From Phoronis australis (taxonomy: Eukaryota; Animalia; Phoronida), in the NCBI GenBank assembly GCA_002633005.1, contig NMRA01000099.1:1-64000 (forward strand): a DNA stretch of 64,000 nucleotides, read 5' to 3'. The translations under genes were made by a program, and so were the position numbers. Under the pieces are notes generated by a model that was given only the letters and a program-made list of their open reading frames with translations, did no database searches and had not been told where the DNA came from. Positions 1 through 13,029 of the stretch are shown here, piece by piece; positions within the stretch are counted from its first letter, which is position 1; each line of letters starts with the position of its first letter.

Positions 1-540
1 AGATTATACTTTACATGAAGACCGAGTCTACCACCTTTGCTACACCAGGCGTCTCTAAAGCTTTCAGTCTGGGCACAGTATTATGACACTGACTGCCTTT
101 GACCTGATTTATCAAACAACACCAAAGCTGGTGCGTCGACAAGCGCCCACGTTGCATAGCAAACGATGTATTTTTAAGGGTTAAGGTAAGGTGCAATAAA
201 GCTACTTAACCGGAAAGTGTTGCTGCAGTAGCAGAGTGTTGACATGCACCCACAGTGCATCGAAAACAGTAGGCTTCTATTGGTGCTTACCAGTTACGTG
301 ATACACGATAACGTACAATTTGGCTTCCGATGGAAGGTACCGCAGTGGCATAAAAAACGGCTGGTGAAGTCTCATTTAAATACATTTTTCAAGGCCTCAA
401 CAAAAAGATGAACAACTTTCCTGTTATGAAATGTGGTGGACGTTCTAACGAATTCACATCTTGTTTCGCTCCCTCGGTGTCAGGAGATATTTTACATTAA
501 CAGGTTATGTGATAATACCGAAAGAGTTCCTGGTAGGAAC

Positions 541-1100
541 CAAAATGGCAACCAGGGGGTGCTGTGGTAATGGAATTCACCCGAATACCGGTGCATTGAC
601 ATCACATACCTGTGTGTCAAGTTTTATTGAGATCCATCGATCTGTTCAAAATATTACATCGGGAAACGACCCTCTTCACAATGGTCACTGTGCAGCGATC
701 GAATCTGCTCAAAAAATTGAATGGTTAAGGCGCCGACATTGACTTCACGTTTCTTTGGGCCAATTTCCATAGTAATGTATCAGTTTTCTAGATATCATCC
801 GGAGACGCTCTTCCTCCGTAGAGCACTGGTAACATGTCGAAAACAAAATGACCAAGAGGAGGTGCTGTGGAAGTCAAATTCACTCGAATATTTTTGTTGA
901 CGGCGCATTAACATCACATACCTCTGTGTCAAGTTTCATCGAAATCCATTCATCTGTTCCTGAGTTATCATCCGGAAACGCTCTTCCCAAAATGATCACT
1001 GTGAGGCGCTTCGAACGGTACCGGCACTGGCATTGGCACCACGTATCTCTGGTGTCAAGGTCCAATGAGATCCATCAATCTGTTCTCTACATACTTTGTG
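541..1100. repeat. Four degenerate ~140-165 bp tandem units (A-B-A'-B'); also at ~32380-32960 and ~34550-35130
   Basis: Recurring AAAATGG/AAAATGAC ... CATTGACATCACATACCT.TGTGTCAAGTTT.AT.GA.ATCCAT...CGG.AAC. Confidence 0.7.
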
Positions 1101-2399
1101 GAAACCTTATGTATGTGGGCTTATAAAAACAAGATTATTCAAAACTCAGTTGCATGGAGAACTGGGCGAGCGAACACAACAGGGCAGAGAGCTGACTCCA
1201 CATGTGACATTTCTTACTCTTTTCGCAACAATCATTTTTGCAAATGAAATAGTGTATTTGCTATCACCAAGCAATCGTTATAAATGGGCCAGAAGAGCTA
1301 CGCTGTGTTAATCAGTAAAGTACACATTTTCTGAAAGAAAAAAGATCAGAAATTATAAAAATTACAATTCATACTTACTTGTCAATATTATTGTAACCTG
1401 GCCACACTTTTCAAGTCAAATATTTTTATATCAAAGGTACATTCATAGCACTAACACCCTTTACTTTATTTTAATGAAACCTTCTTTAAATGAAAAGTCG
1501 CCGATATCTCTCAAAAACGCTGTACATGTGTATATTTTCGATTAATCATTTAGTTTGGTTTGTGTGCCAAATCAATTCGTAAAACGCCAGTCATTTCTGT
1601 AAAAATACAGCAGTCGTATTTGTCTATGGCCCAGTACAATAAAACTAGGACTTTAAAAAATAGGGACTGGCAAATAAATATCAGAATTAGAAAACATCAG
1701 TGAAATCCACAGAGCCGTTTTCGAAACGTCAAAGTGCCTAGGAAATTAATGAGTTTGGGTGAAGATTTATTTTTTTTCACAACTTGCTGTGTCCGTGAAC
1801 ACAAGGTCACACACCGTCGCCGTGAGGCGACTCGGACACTTTGCATTCGTTCTAAACGGTCGTATGCAAACAGATAAACAACTCCCTCATGATCAAAATT
1901 AGGTTTTGTCTACTTGTTTTCCGCGGCATCTTTCTATGCTATGTACACCTCATTGACTCAATATTATGACGATTCACTGAATGAAAGAATTGTGGGTGCA
2001 TACGGAATTGCTCTATGTCTGGCAGGAGATTCGATTTGAGTGAAAGCTTTGTAACTTTTGAACTTAGAAAAGTAGAAAAAACTTCCATGTGGTTGAGCTA
2101 GGTCTGGAATTTTTTTTTCGTTTCTACTATGGACAAGAAATGCGTAGATTTTAAAATTGAAATGAGGTTAAAAGATTCATCCAAACAGTTATTCAATATT
2201 GCAAGAAATTTAAAGATTTAAAGTAAGGTACTTTATATTCTTAAAAACGGCTCTTTTTTTCTTTTCAGGTTTCAAATGTTTATTCTCCTCTAGCAAAAAA
2301 ATTTACAAACCTTGACAGATGAAACAATACAGCAAACAGCATGGATTATCCTCTGACTAATCAAGAGATATCACTAGATAACACTTCAGTATGTAACTG

Positions 2400-3165
2400 A
2401 ACGAGGTTAACAAAGTTTGAAAGTTCAAATTTTTTGTGAAAATATATAATTTTGGCGAGTATGATCAGTTATTTTATCTTAATACAGTAAGGACTCTTCT
2501 TGACCATTAGCTCATTATTTTTTATTTCTAGAAGCTTACTTGTATAATTAATATCTGTCATACTACAGTAATTATTGGAAAAACAAAACCCCCAAAACAT
2601 GAAGGTTTTGTTAGTCCATAACAGGCTCTCATTTTTATCGCAGTCCTTTTTTAAACAACTCAAATACATTTTGTTTTCTCAATATTTGGCTTCAAACCAG
2701 AAAATTTTGCAAACTAGTCAATAAAAATTTAAAGACTATTTCAAAGATAATTCAGAGCCATCAAAATTTAAGCAAGTGTCGTCGATGTACTGAACCATTA
2801 GAAACTCGGAAATACCAAACTTGACTTCAGTGATGCCACCATGCTGTCAACTTAGATTACCTAAACTTTCTACACACAATACAAACAGAAAGGAGAAATG
2901 GAGTCATCATGGCGACAGCCGCTCTTAATTTCAAAAAATTCAAAGAAAACTCCGTGTTGGAGAACACAAAGACTGGATTTGTTGTAGGCAGTTTTTACCG
3001 CGCTTCCTAACTTTGGGCAGGAGTTAAAGTGCAACAGTGCCTTAAATATAAAAGACCAGGAAACCGAGTTAAACGCTTTTTCAAAATCAATCATTAGGAG
3101 GAGTTCAGGAAGGGATTTGAATATAATAACTGGATTACATCATATGCAATTCTAATGTTTTCCCC
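2400..3165 (-). mobile_element. Decayed L1/Tx1-clade LINE, RT region (unit A)
   Basis: IDFEKAFNSVSWSFIF, SGCRHDDSISP (for GCRQGDPISP), frameshifts. Confidence 0.85.
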
Positions 3166-4490
3166 TTGCGAGTTTATAATAATAACGCGAGATTATGTGA
3201 GAAATAACAGTGACGTCACCGCAAGTGGGGCAAAACCTTGTCATTTGGCCATTTGCCCGATACAGTAGCAGAGTATAATCTGTTGTTTACTTCGGGTTTT
3301 TAATCTTTTAGTTTGAAAAATACCAAAAAAGCGTTGCTGTTTTTGGCAAATGAATTTCAGATTCGCACTACAATACGTTCCATCGCGTCCTGTGCAAATT
3401 TCGTCCCGTGTATTTTAAACGGGCGGTGGGCGAAATCCGCTCACTGATTAAGTTTTCACCTCGTCAAAATACATTCTACAACTAAAATTATCACCTAAAA
3501 GGTTTACTTTCTTCAATGATCCTTTCTGCTTCTAAGCATATCTTTGATGAAGCATAGCTACGGGAATTTAGGTGGCTTTGGAGAAGAATTCCAACTCCAC
3601 TTTTTGGTTACTGTTAATTTTGACCGCGCGCCCGAAAACCACAATGTACGATATTTCAACCGTAATGAGTCAGGTGAGTATGAGGCAAAGGCTAGCGCGA
3701 GACTGAGAGAAGCGCGTGATCTGGCGCGTGACTTGCATAGCATGGGGAAAATATCAAGTGATTTTTTTTAGATTTGTGTCCCTTGGAATTTTTGTTCGTT
3801 AACATGCGTGATTTGACGTAACTTTCTCAAAATGGCGCCCGGTGAGAGAAACTTGTGTGAACCGCGAGGTTTTCGTGGATATGTTCAAGTTATTTGTAGA
3901 CTAAATTGTATCCAGAGTCAGTGCATGTGCTAATTGTAACTCCATGTGCACATATGCATGTTTCAATTGATTTTATTTGCTTTATTTGTTGTATTTTGAA
4001 ATGTCGAGTAACTTTTTATGGGGATATACTATAGCCGTTTGTGCCTGTGGCATTCAGGCCTAGACCGGGTCGAGTTCCAATTTCAATCAGTTCACAGCTT
4101 CGCACAACATAACAAGTTCACATTTTCTTCGTCTATTCACAGTTATTCCACGATTCAACTACCATCCCTTAAATAGTGTTAACGTTTTAAGCGTAAAATT
4201 CACCATAAGAATTCCAGTAAGATTTCGCGTGTGTAGCAAAGACTCTGGGCAAAGCAAGAGCAAGAGCAATGTGGCGGGTTTTTCCCTTCTTCCGGTATAG
4301 AACGGTAGAAGCCGTTTTTCACGGTTGGGGAGCAGTCTCTTGCTGAAGTAAATTGAGCTCGTTCACATTAATCCAAGGCGTTGTTCCTGAAAAAGCAGAT
4401 TTACTGCTCTCAAAACAGGAAAAATTTACCGATGAAAATTCCGACGCACGGTGATCAGGCGGCTATTTTGGGCCTCGCTGAACGTTTTAA

Positions 4491-4613
4491 AGGAGAATGC
4501 CACCCGATTTAATTAGTCTTTTTTGCCATCTTAATAGGTCCATATCCACATCGCCTCGCATTACGGTCGACCTTAACTTGCCGAGAGAAGTGTCGCGTTA
4601 ACCTGTGAGGAAG

Positions 4614-4614
<1 letters not shown>
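4491..4614 (+). mobile_element. Left end of a Kolobok-like TTAA element, cut off by (TG)n and the gap
   Basis: TTAA|AGGAGAATGCCACCCG, matching 9469; the paralogous site at ~44793 is an empty TTAA. Confidence 0.75.

Positions 4615-4617
<3 letters not shown>

Positions 4618-4658
<41 letters not shown>
4618..4658. repeat. (TG)n microsatellite next to assembly gap
   Basis: About 20 TG units, directly visible. Confidence 0.97.
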
Positions 4659-4943
4659 NNNNNNNNNNNNNNNNNNNNNNNNNNNNNNNNNNNNNNNNNN
4701 NNNNNNNNNNNNNNNNNNNNNNNNNNNNNNNNNNNNNNNNNNNNNNNNNNNNNNNNNNNNNNNNNNNNNNNNNNNNNNNNNNNNNNNNNNNNNNNNNNNN
4801 NNNNNNNNNNNNNNNNNNNNNNNNNNNNNNNNNNNNNNNNNNNNNNNNNNNNNNNNNNNNNNNNNNNNNNNNNNNNNNNNNNNNNNNNNNNNNNNNNNNN
4901 NNNNNNNNNNNNNNNNNNNNNNNNNNNNNNNNNNNNNNNNNNN
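4659..4943. other. Assembly gap (285 N)
   Basis: Run of N. Confidence 1.
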
Positions 4944-4989
4944 GGGGGGGCACGGGCCCCCCCGGCCCCCCCGCTTCCTACGGCCCTGA

Positions 4990-5450
4990 CTGCATGCATA
5001 TGTTTTCTCCAATAATCTTCGTATTCGGACTTCTTATTTCCCAATAGATCTCCATTTACAAGATCATCATTCTAGCTCATCGTATCTTGCAGTGATATTG
5101 TTTGTTCTTCCGGCTCCCTTCCTTTCGCATTTTTGTTCTTTTTTCAGGAATACAATACGTGATAGTTACCGTTGGAATATTTAATAATATCATTTCTAAA
5201 AATAGTTGATCTGATATATGAAATTGAAGCTTATCAGAATCAATTTCATGAATTTTGCTCAGGTTGTATAGGCCTACTGGGAGAGCATGGTATTTTTAGT
5301 ATACAGGGTCTCGCTCTTGACACGATTGATATACAACTATCTTTTAAAAGGGGATTGTTAAATTTCCGAAATCCTGACAGTTTTAAAAGCATTTAATTTT
5401 TGAAATGATGATGATATGATCCGATCGGTAGACTGGTAGCATTTCCACAT
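4990..5450 (-). mobile_element. Upstream part of the same L1/Tx1 (end of APE domain and linker)
   Basis: Minus strand reads YRSDH...GFRKFNNPLLKD and ISDQL.LEM.LL; paralogous to 45470-45975. Confidence 0.7.
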
Positions 5451-5790
5451 AAGGCTGCCTCGCGCTGGATGTTCTTAAAAATGCTATGAAAACATATCGC
5501 TTTCGTCATTAAATGAGCTTCGTAATCGCTCTCTCATTGAAGATATTTAAGAATTAGCTACTCGCTTCTCATCGAAGCGATCCGATTGACAGTTAGCCGG
5601 TTTTAAATGGTGTGCTACATGATCTGTGTTCGTAATACTGGTAGCGTTTTTAACTGTGCAAACAGTTGGTGTGTGGTTTTACTATTGTGCACGAGTACTT
5701 CCGGTAAAAACGCAATGCGCTTTCGGAATGTGTTTGAATATCAACGACCGGTTTGTCAAACAAGGACAAGGCTATTTTTAGACAGTGATC

Positions 5791-6069
5791 ATGGCAGTTT
5801 TATATTCTTATGTTTTGTTGTCTGTCCTGGCTTTAACCAGCGTGAGAAGCTCACATGTGGCTTTAAGTGGTGAATCGTACTCGCATAAAGCGGTTCTACG
5901 CGAAAATGTTTACGATGTTTATTGGAAATACGATTCGTCCCGGATCACATTTGAAATAGAAGTCGCTACCACGGGATGGCTTGGTTTTGGGTTTTCTCCA
6001 AACGGAGGAATGGCAGGATCGGATATTGTCATTGGTGGTGTGAATAGTGATGGGAAACCCTACTTCACA
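5791..6069 (+). CDS. MOXD1: MOXD1/DBH-like monooxygenase copy A, exon 1 (signal peptide + DOMON N-part)
   Basis: ATG 5791; hydrophobic signal MAVLYSYVLLSVLALTSVRS; DOMON motif TTGWLGFGFSPNGGMAGSDIVIGGV; donor ACA|GTAAGT, phase 0. Confidence 0.93.
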
Positions 6070-6559
6070 GTAAGTACAACCGTTCCGTCCTCTGTAAACA
6101 GCACTAAGATGTATTTCAGTTACATAGAATTATTGTTATGGTTCTTCCTAAGAAGAACAGCTCTGATACCACTGAGTCTTGAATAGCAACAGCAGCACAA
6201 CTGTTCAATCACAGTGTTGGCGTGAGCCAATGTCGTACATTAAATTAGAAATAAAAATCTAGAAAGACCGTCAATTCTGATTTAATATGTGACAATGGCA
6301 CACGCCAACAATATTCAAAATTCCTCCGAAACACGGACGAGTTTAAGAAGAAAAGGTACGAGAAAGCATATAATGATCTAACACGTAAGCACGAAAATGT
6401 CCTAGCTCTGTGTGGAGATGTCTTTGACAATGAAGAAGAATGGCTTGTAGCACACCAGGACGATTATCTAAGCATGTATAGCAACGTGCAAGCTAATTTA
6501 GACTACAGTAATGGTTAAACTGGTAATGACTCGGGGTCAGATGACCAGAATGTTACAGG

Positions 6560-6900
6560 TTCTAAATCCTCACCCTTGTCGCTGCATAAAGTGGAGAATT
6601 TCAGTGGGGGCGTCAGGGAATACCATAGGTTTAGATCAGATTTTCAGTATCTTGTTGATGAAAAGATGATTGACAAAGATGCAGTTGCGTTTCTGGGGAC
6701 ATATTTGATTGGCAAAAACCCTAGATATACCCAGAGGTATAGGAAACGACTACAAACTAACCTGAAGCTATTTAGACTCAGTATATGGAGACCCAAGAAT
6801 CGTTTCCGATACGGTTATCCAGGACATCCTGAAATTTCGGCCCATGAGGCGTAGCACGAAGACAGTAGGTTCTGTGAACTAGCCAGTTCGTAAGAAAGAG
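6560..6900 (+). mobile_element. BEL/Pao LTR retrotransposon gag remnant
   Basis: LHKVENFSGGVREYHRFRSDFQYLV resembles the BEL gag motif L..F.G..REY..F...F; frameshifted. Confidence 0.65.
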
Positions 6901-8768
6901 CTAACGTTTTGAAAGAATGTGCGATCATTGAGCAACGCTAAAGGATTGACCACAGAAAAGTTAGTCAAAGCATCTTTAGTCACCACAGCAGGGCTGAACT
7001 ATATACACATCTTCATAGAAAGGCTGAATCAAGAAATGCTGTCACACACTTCGATCAATTTGCCAAAAGCCTGGTAATTAGGACAACAGCATCAATGGGA
7101 CAATAAAATCTAGTCGCAAATGTTGGCAATATGAAACAAATAAGCACTAGGTATGAGTGTACCAAATTTAAGCGTCTAGGACCGGTCAATGCCTGATACG
7201 AAGCCTGTAAGCGAAATAACATTTGTTTTCATGGTGAACGGTCGAATTTGGATGTAGCGTTTACTGGAGCGGTTGTTTCATCATTGCCAGTTCTTATAGT
7301 TCAGGCCTTAGGCTCAAACAAACCATAGAACTTTAGCCCTGCTGGTATGCCAACAAACTCCGACCTGGCAGTAAACGGGGTTTGTTCCAACGCCGTGAAT
7401 TGTGCATTCGCTCCCGACCCCCTGGGTGCACGCATATGCCAGTCAGCAATCCACACCCCGAACAGCCAAATGGAATTTGGGATAATTTTAGGGGGAGCCA
7501 TGACCCCCCTCTAAGTCCGCCACTGAGTTATCCACTGATTTTGTGCTTGACACTGGCATCATGGTTCTCAAAATTTTGAAAACTTCGTATTCATGAGAAA
7601 AACTCCCCTGGTCTCCAGCTACAGCAGTACAGATCTCGGACTGCTGTTACGTTTATAACTTAGAAAGTGTCAACTTACCGACCCCCTGTTATCACTACTA
7701 GCAGTAATAGTAAACATTGGAACTTAACACACAGCCTAATTGTTCTGCACAATCTATGAATGAATGTTTATTAAATACTTTGAGTAAAAAGACTTTTCGT
7801 TCAAATGTACAAAAGCAACACAAAAACATTATATGAGATGACAGCGATTTTTTTCTACATCAAATACTCATGATTTTACAATATAATAAGGTGATGTGAA
7901 GGTGGTGTATGAATAAAAAAACTTCTAGTAATTTTCATTACAGGGTTTTGTGTTAGTTAATGATATGGGGAATTATTCTGAAACCCACAACAAAAATCAA
8001 ATGTAGTTGTAGATTCTGCACCTGACTGACAGAGAACAGAGCAAGTGCTTAGAAGTTAAAATCAATATTATAGTGAGTGAGAAGTGCCAATAACATGACC
8101 AAACAGAAATGCCAGACAAAATCAGTGACGTGTAAATTTATCCTGACTGACAATTTGGTATGGAGTTGTCCACAAAATCAACCTTCTGAGAAACACAACA
8201 GTCAGAAAAAAATAATAGTTATGTAAGGGACAGCCACTAAGGCCTGAGCTCACATATAAGAATCATTGTCTTATGTGAATATTATGCAATGTACAATTCC
8301 GTTACACATTCAAATTAAAATGTGGGAAACATGTTTTAACGACAACCAAAAATACCACATTAATACACTCTGTAGGCAGTTGCAAAGATACTACATTACA
8401 TTTTTCGTAAGGGTGCAACTGGGAAACTGTAAGAGGAAATAAGCAACAAAAATAATGCTCCAAACATGAATGATTTAGATGCAGATTAAGAATTCGATGT
8501 ATTACCATTGTCTGTGGTCAGTATGAGGTGTTTTGATCGCTACGGACCTGGATAGAGTGCACCACCACTGATAGAGAGGTAACTTGAGCGTGATCTGGTA
8601 TTACATAAGGGAGAAAACTGAATAAGTATCAGTGGACAGGATAATTACCTGATCCTGTCAAGACATGGGGGTGGGGTGAGTGAACGCAAACAAAGTGGGG
8701 GATGTCACCAGTGAGTAATTGGATATGAACTACAATAGGACGAGAGAGCAGAATACAATTTAAACTTC

Positions 8769-9266
8769 TCAGTTTTCCAACACTAGAAGGTCACTTTCTG
8801 AGGAAACCTGCTTTATCTTGTTATCATGCAGCTGTATTGTTACGTTACCGTCATGCGTCCATGTTTTAGCTATGGTTTTAGATTGTACGAGGCGGCAACA
8901 GCCGTCGTAGGGAAGGGACTGTTGTTTCGTGAGATTTTCATTGATGTAGATCGGGGATGGTAAGTTCAGTTTTCGCAGTAGATTTCTGTTGTGAAGGAAA
9001 GCAGCTCTGGTATTATATGACACAAACTTACAGATGATTGGGCGATCTTTTCGCGAATCTCTAGCTCCATGTTTACGTAGTTTGGGCCCGAGTCTGTGGG
9101 ATCTGCTGATTTGTTGGGGGTTAATTTCAAGACCCAGTTTGCGTTCCAAGTCGATCACAATGTTGTCAGTGGCTTCAGGTATTTCATTTACAGGTTCATC
9201 GACTCCATATATAACTATATTATTGCGACGCGAGTATTGCTCTAGGTTGTCTAGATTTACAGACAA
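8769..9266 (-). mobile_element. LINE ORF1-type RNA-binding protein (RRM+CTD, L1TD1/Tnp22-like) from a CR1/L2-group element
   Basis: LEQYSRRNNIVIYGV.E, RSHRLG, RPIICKF, IYINENLTK, TWTHDG. Confidence 0.85.
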
Positions 9267-9468
9267 ATGGGGCTATTCGGAGAATTCTCCTCGCGGTGTC
9301 GCTGCTGTACTAGTGGTGATTGAATTGCGCATGCGTCGCTGTCTGCATGTGAACAGCTGGTAAACAGACGGATTGTTATCAAAATACGTCGTCGCGCAAA
9401 GCCTTATTATTGCTATTTTCCCTGGTGCAAGTCTTCGACAGGTGGTCACAAATTACCAAAAGACCTAA

Positions 9469-11180
9469 AGGAGAATGCCACCCGATTTAATTAGTCTTTT
9501 TTACCGTCTTAATCGGTCTATATCCACATTGCCTCGCATACGGTCGGCCTTACCTTGCCAAGAGGTGTCGCGTTAACCTGTGAGAAAGGTGAAAAACGAC
9601 GCGAGCGACGTCAGTGGTTCATATGCAGAGTGAATGCCGCTACGTTGCGGTGCATCGTTCCCGCTTGCCCGAACTAAGCAGCTGCGAGGAAAGCGGGTAT
9701 ATCGTTTTTTTTACTTCCTCGAGAGTCCGAAATGCTTAGGAAGTGGCTCATGGTAGCGAAGAATGAAATGTACGCTGTAAATAGCAAGTATGAGGCCGAG
9801 AAACATCTCCGTGTCTGTGGCCTGCAGACGTCGTCAGTGCCTGACGAATGCCGGCTTACCAATGGCTCCATACGCTCCGTTGCCTGAGCTTGTTCACGGC
9901 GCCTCTCTAGTATTTCTTCATGACTGTATTCCTGTTCGAATTGATAGCCTGTAAAACTTAACAATCCACCTGCGAAGTCGGGACTGATCGAACTCTAGCT
10001 CGTCCTAAGTCGGGACTGCGAGTTGCCATGTTCGTATATTACTAAGCGTTCTGTTTCAAAAGGAATTATTCTCACCCTAACCTAGAAACCAATATTGGTT
10101 CCTAGCCCTAACCAATACTTATATAAAACTCAAACAAAGTCTGTCTCATTAGATGCAATTTGTAATGCCTTTGGAGTGTTTGTGAGTGCAAATGATTTGA
10201 GAAGCCAGCAATGAATAAATCTATGCGTTACCGGCTTTAGGTGCAATAAAATTAATTGACGGAACACCGAGGCCGTGTGAGCTCAATGACATGCTAATTT
10301 AGTGTTTGCTGGCAGAAAGTGTTGTGAAACAACTCGATTTCTATCCCGCTGCCAGGTGTTAGGGGAATCTTTATTCACATTTACATTACACAAATAATGA
10401 TTGTCAATGTACAACTTCTGCCCTGACGGTGCTGTGGCCCGGCAAAGCGGAACCAATTCGCGGCCCCCGACGAGTAAGTAGATTTGCAGTTTCGTGGGTA
10501 ATTCACCAAACCGTGCACATTACTTTGGCTCACTAGTATTGTATTTTGACTGGAAGTTTAGTTTCCACTGAACTTTGACTGGTTTATGTTCGTGATGTCT
10601 GATCAGTTTCCCAGCCACTGGCCGGGATAACGGCGGAGTCAATCAGGCCGGCCGCGACGGGCATCAGATCGGGCTCCGAGCCACTGGCCAGGATAACAAG
10701 CGTTTTGACGGTGTTTAGAACTGAAAAATCACAAGTCTAAACAACACAGATCTAGGTTCTCCTGTCTGTATCTCACGGAAAATACTTCGAAGTTATCTTC
10801 GAACAGACCCCAAACTACTGCTACGAACCTTATTGGCCTGCCGCATTTTGTAGGCTACGGTGTGTCCAAATACCAATAAATCCGAGACAGCGAAATAAAA
10901 CAACACGTTTTTATAAGAACTCGGTGTATTTTCAAGGGTTTTACATCGAAGTTTGATGATTTATTGGTGTTAAACGATGACTTCAAGCGATAAGCCGACA
11001 CCAGTAACCCGCGTTGTGAACTGCTGAACAGACTGAGTGAAACCGATGACGTCATTGGATGATTTCTAGACCTCCGTCTGCCGTCAGATGTCAGGTAACG
11101 CAACTGTACGTGTCGTTATGGAGCAGACCTACTCGATCTAAATTGATACAAATTGGGTTGTTTTTTGGTGGCTTGCTCCT
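9469..11180 (+). mobile_element. Kolobok-like non-autonomous DNA transposon
   Basis: TIRs AGGAGAATGCCACC...GGTGGCTTGCTCCT flanked by CTAA/TTAA; internal GYQFEQEY peptide (9674-9964, -) like the PYxFEP N-terminus of the Kolobok accessory protein. Confidence 0.7.
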
Positions 11181-13029
11181 TTAAGGTTACTACATTCGTG
11201 GAGCATTGCGGTCAAAGGGTCAACCAACTGACAAAAAGTGTGTGGATGCCGAAGCCCCTTAGGGAGACTACATAACGTTACTTGGTAAGTTTTTAGCAAT
11301 CAAGTTTCAATCGACATCGTTCGGTGATGCTATCCTCGCTAGTTACCCCACTGAATAACGGGTTTATTGAGTGGAACTAAGGGTTTCTTTTCGGAAACTC
11401 ACCCAGGACTCGGATGCCGGGTAGGCTAGCAGCACATATTCACATATTGTCCTCCAGGGGTGGGAATGCGCCCAATTTAAGAGGTGTATGGTACGTGACG
11501 CTCAGAAGTCAAGGTTTACTTTTTCACAGCAGTTTCTCTTCAAAGCTATGCTATGTCCAACAAAATTCTCTAGATGAGTGAGTTGCCTTATTTTATAGAG
11601 GACCCCACCCCCAGGACTATCAGATTAGTTACCGAATTAACATGAATAAGCTATTCAGTAAACGTCATAACATTGCATTGGAATAGAAATTCACACCTAG
11701 AATGAATTTTACTTGTTGAGGTCAGATGCACATTTCGGGTGTCGTTAAAAATACGCATTATTAAATCACTTTTAGACCGTTTCACATATTTTAATTCAGA
11801 TCTTAAGGTTGACTTGGGAGCAAAGATTATTAGTTTCTACATATAAAAATGAAGATGAAACGTCAAGTATGTTCTTCCGTTACAAAAGTAGTTTTGTCTT
11901 GTGTTTTCTTTTGTGTAACCAGCACGAACGTGGTTTCATCTCCAAATTTACATTGCGTGCGATACTGGAAGGAGGAGGGCCAGAGATTATCCCGGTGCCT
12001 ACCCTCTGACGTCACCACAGAAACATAAACAGAAACAGAAACATTAAGTCTTGATCAGCTATAAAATCGTACTTTTGTCTAATTCTTATAACAGCAAATC
12101 AAAGTATCCCCTGACTTTAAAAGTGGCAACCCCAGGTGGCCATCTGCTTGTTCTTACTCTTTTATTTTAGATTCTGTTGCAGGGAACTTGCCTAAAATCT
12201 GAAAAGCTACATTTCTCTGAAAAGCTGAACTCTAAAGTTTCTTGAGAGCTTTCGATAAAAAAGTTCATTTCACTAATAAAATTAACTGAACAGACAAAAC
12301 AGAAAGGAGAAGACAAAATTCCAACTACTAAACACTTTATAAACTTATGAATAATGAGAACAAAAAATTAGTAATTTACAGGCGACATTTAAAAATCTTG
12401 TTGTTGAAGAAAAAGAAGAATGCTCCACTCTGCATGAAACGTGAACAAATTAATCAGATTATTCAAGCGTAAAAATATGTTCCTCGGTTATTTGGACATA
12501 AAGTCAGGCCAGATTTTCTGCATTTTAATCAAACTTGTGTAGTACCACAATATTGTTATTTTGTCATAATGGTTCATTTGTTTGGGTTTGCTTTGGTCTA
12601 TTGGTCTGTTCGCCATCGCTAAAAAATCACTCGGACACTGTGTTGGTGCCCGAATTGACAAGGTTTTGAAATTGGTCTTGTTATCTCTTCGTTTACTAAG
12701 TTATCTCTTTACTGAATATCTGTTCACTTTGGATTTACTTTTATGTTATCACAACAAAACAATCTATGACCCATCCAGCCCCGAGTATTCATGTGATGTA
12801 CTGCTCATATTGTAGTAAACATGTTGACGTCGTAGACCACGTAGGTCACCCGACCAAGCGAACTTGGTCAGGTGACCTTCTTGGTCTACGACTTCTAGTC
12901 TTCTTTAACCAAACACAGTTGATACAACTCCACTTCAATTTTGTTAAATTCCTAGCAGAAGATATGCAGCCAGTCCCGAATGAATCTCATGCAACCCTGC
13001 TGTGGGTCTCAGTATTGTCAAGTACTAGT

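Larger units (their letters stand above)
1..3165. repeat. Segmental tandem duplication: paralogous intergenic spacer
   Basis: 1-1685 aligns by eye to 31889-33198 and 34065-35700; 1685-3165 aligns to ~41985-43900. Confidence 0.9.

Noticed and set aside
461-1311. Recurring small ORFs (TKRRCCG..., WKPYVCG...) seen three times
   Set aside because: They recur because the DNA is duplicated; frames and stops differ between copies
3170-4480. Insertion splitting the L1, possibly Crypton-like
   Set aside because: No coding motif or definable termini, so the family cannot be supported
4509-5047. Six long ORFs with HTHT/VCVC runs
   Set aside because: Artefacts of (TG)n plus the N gap
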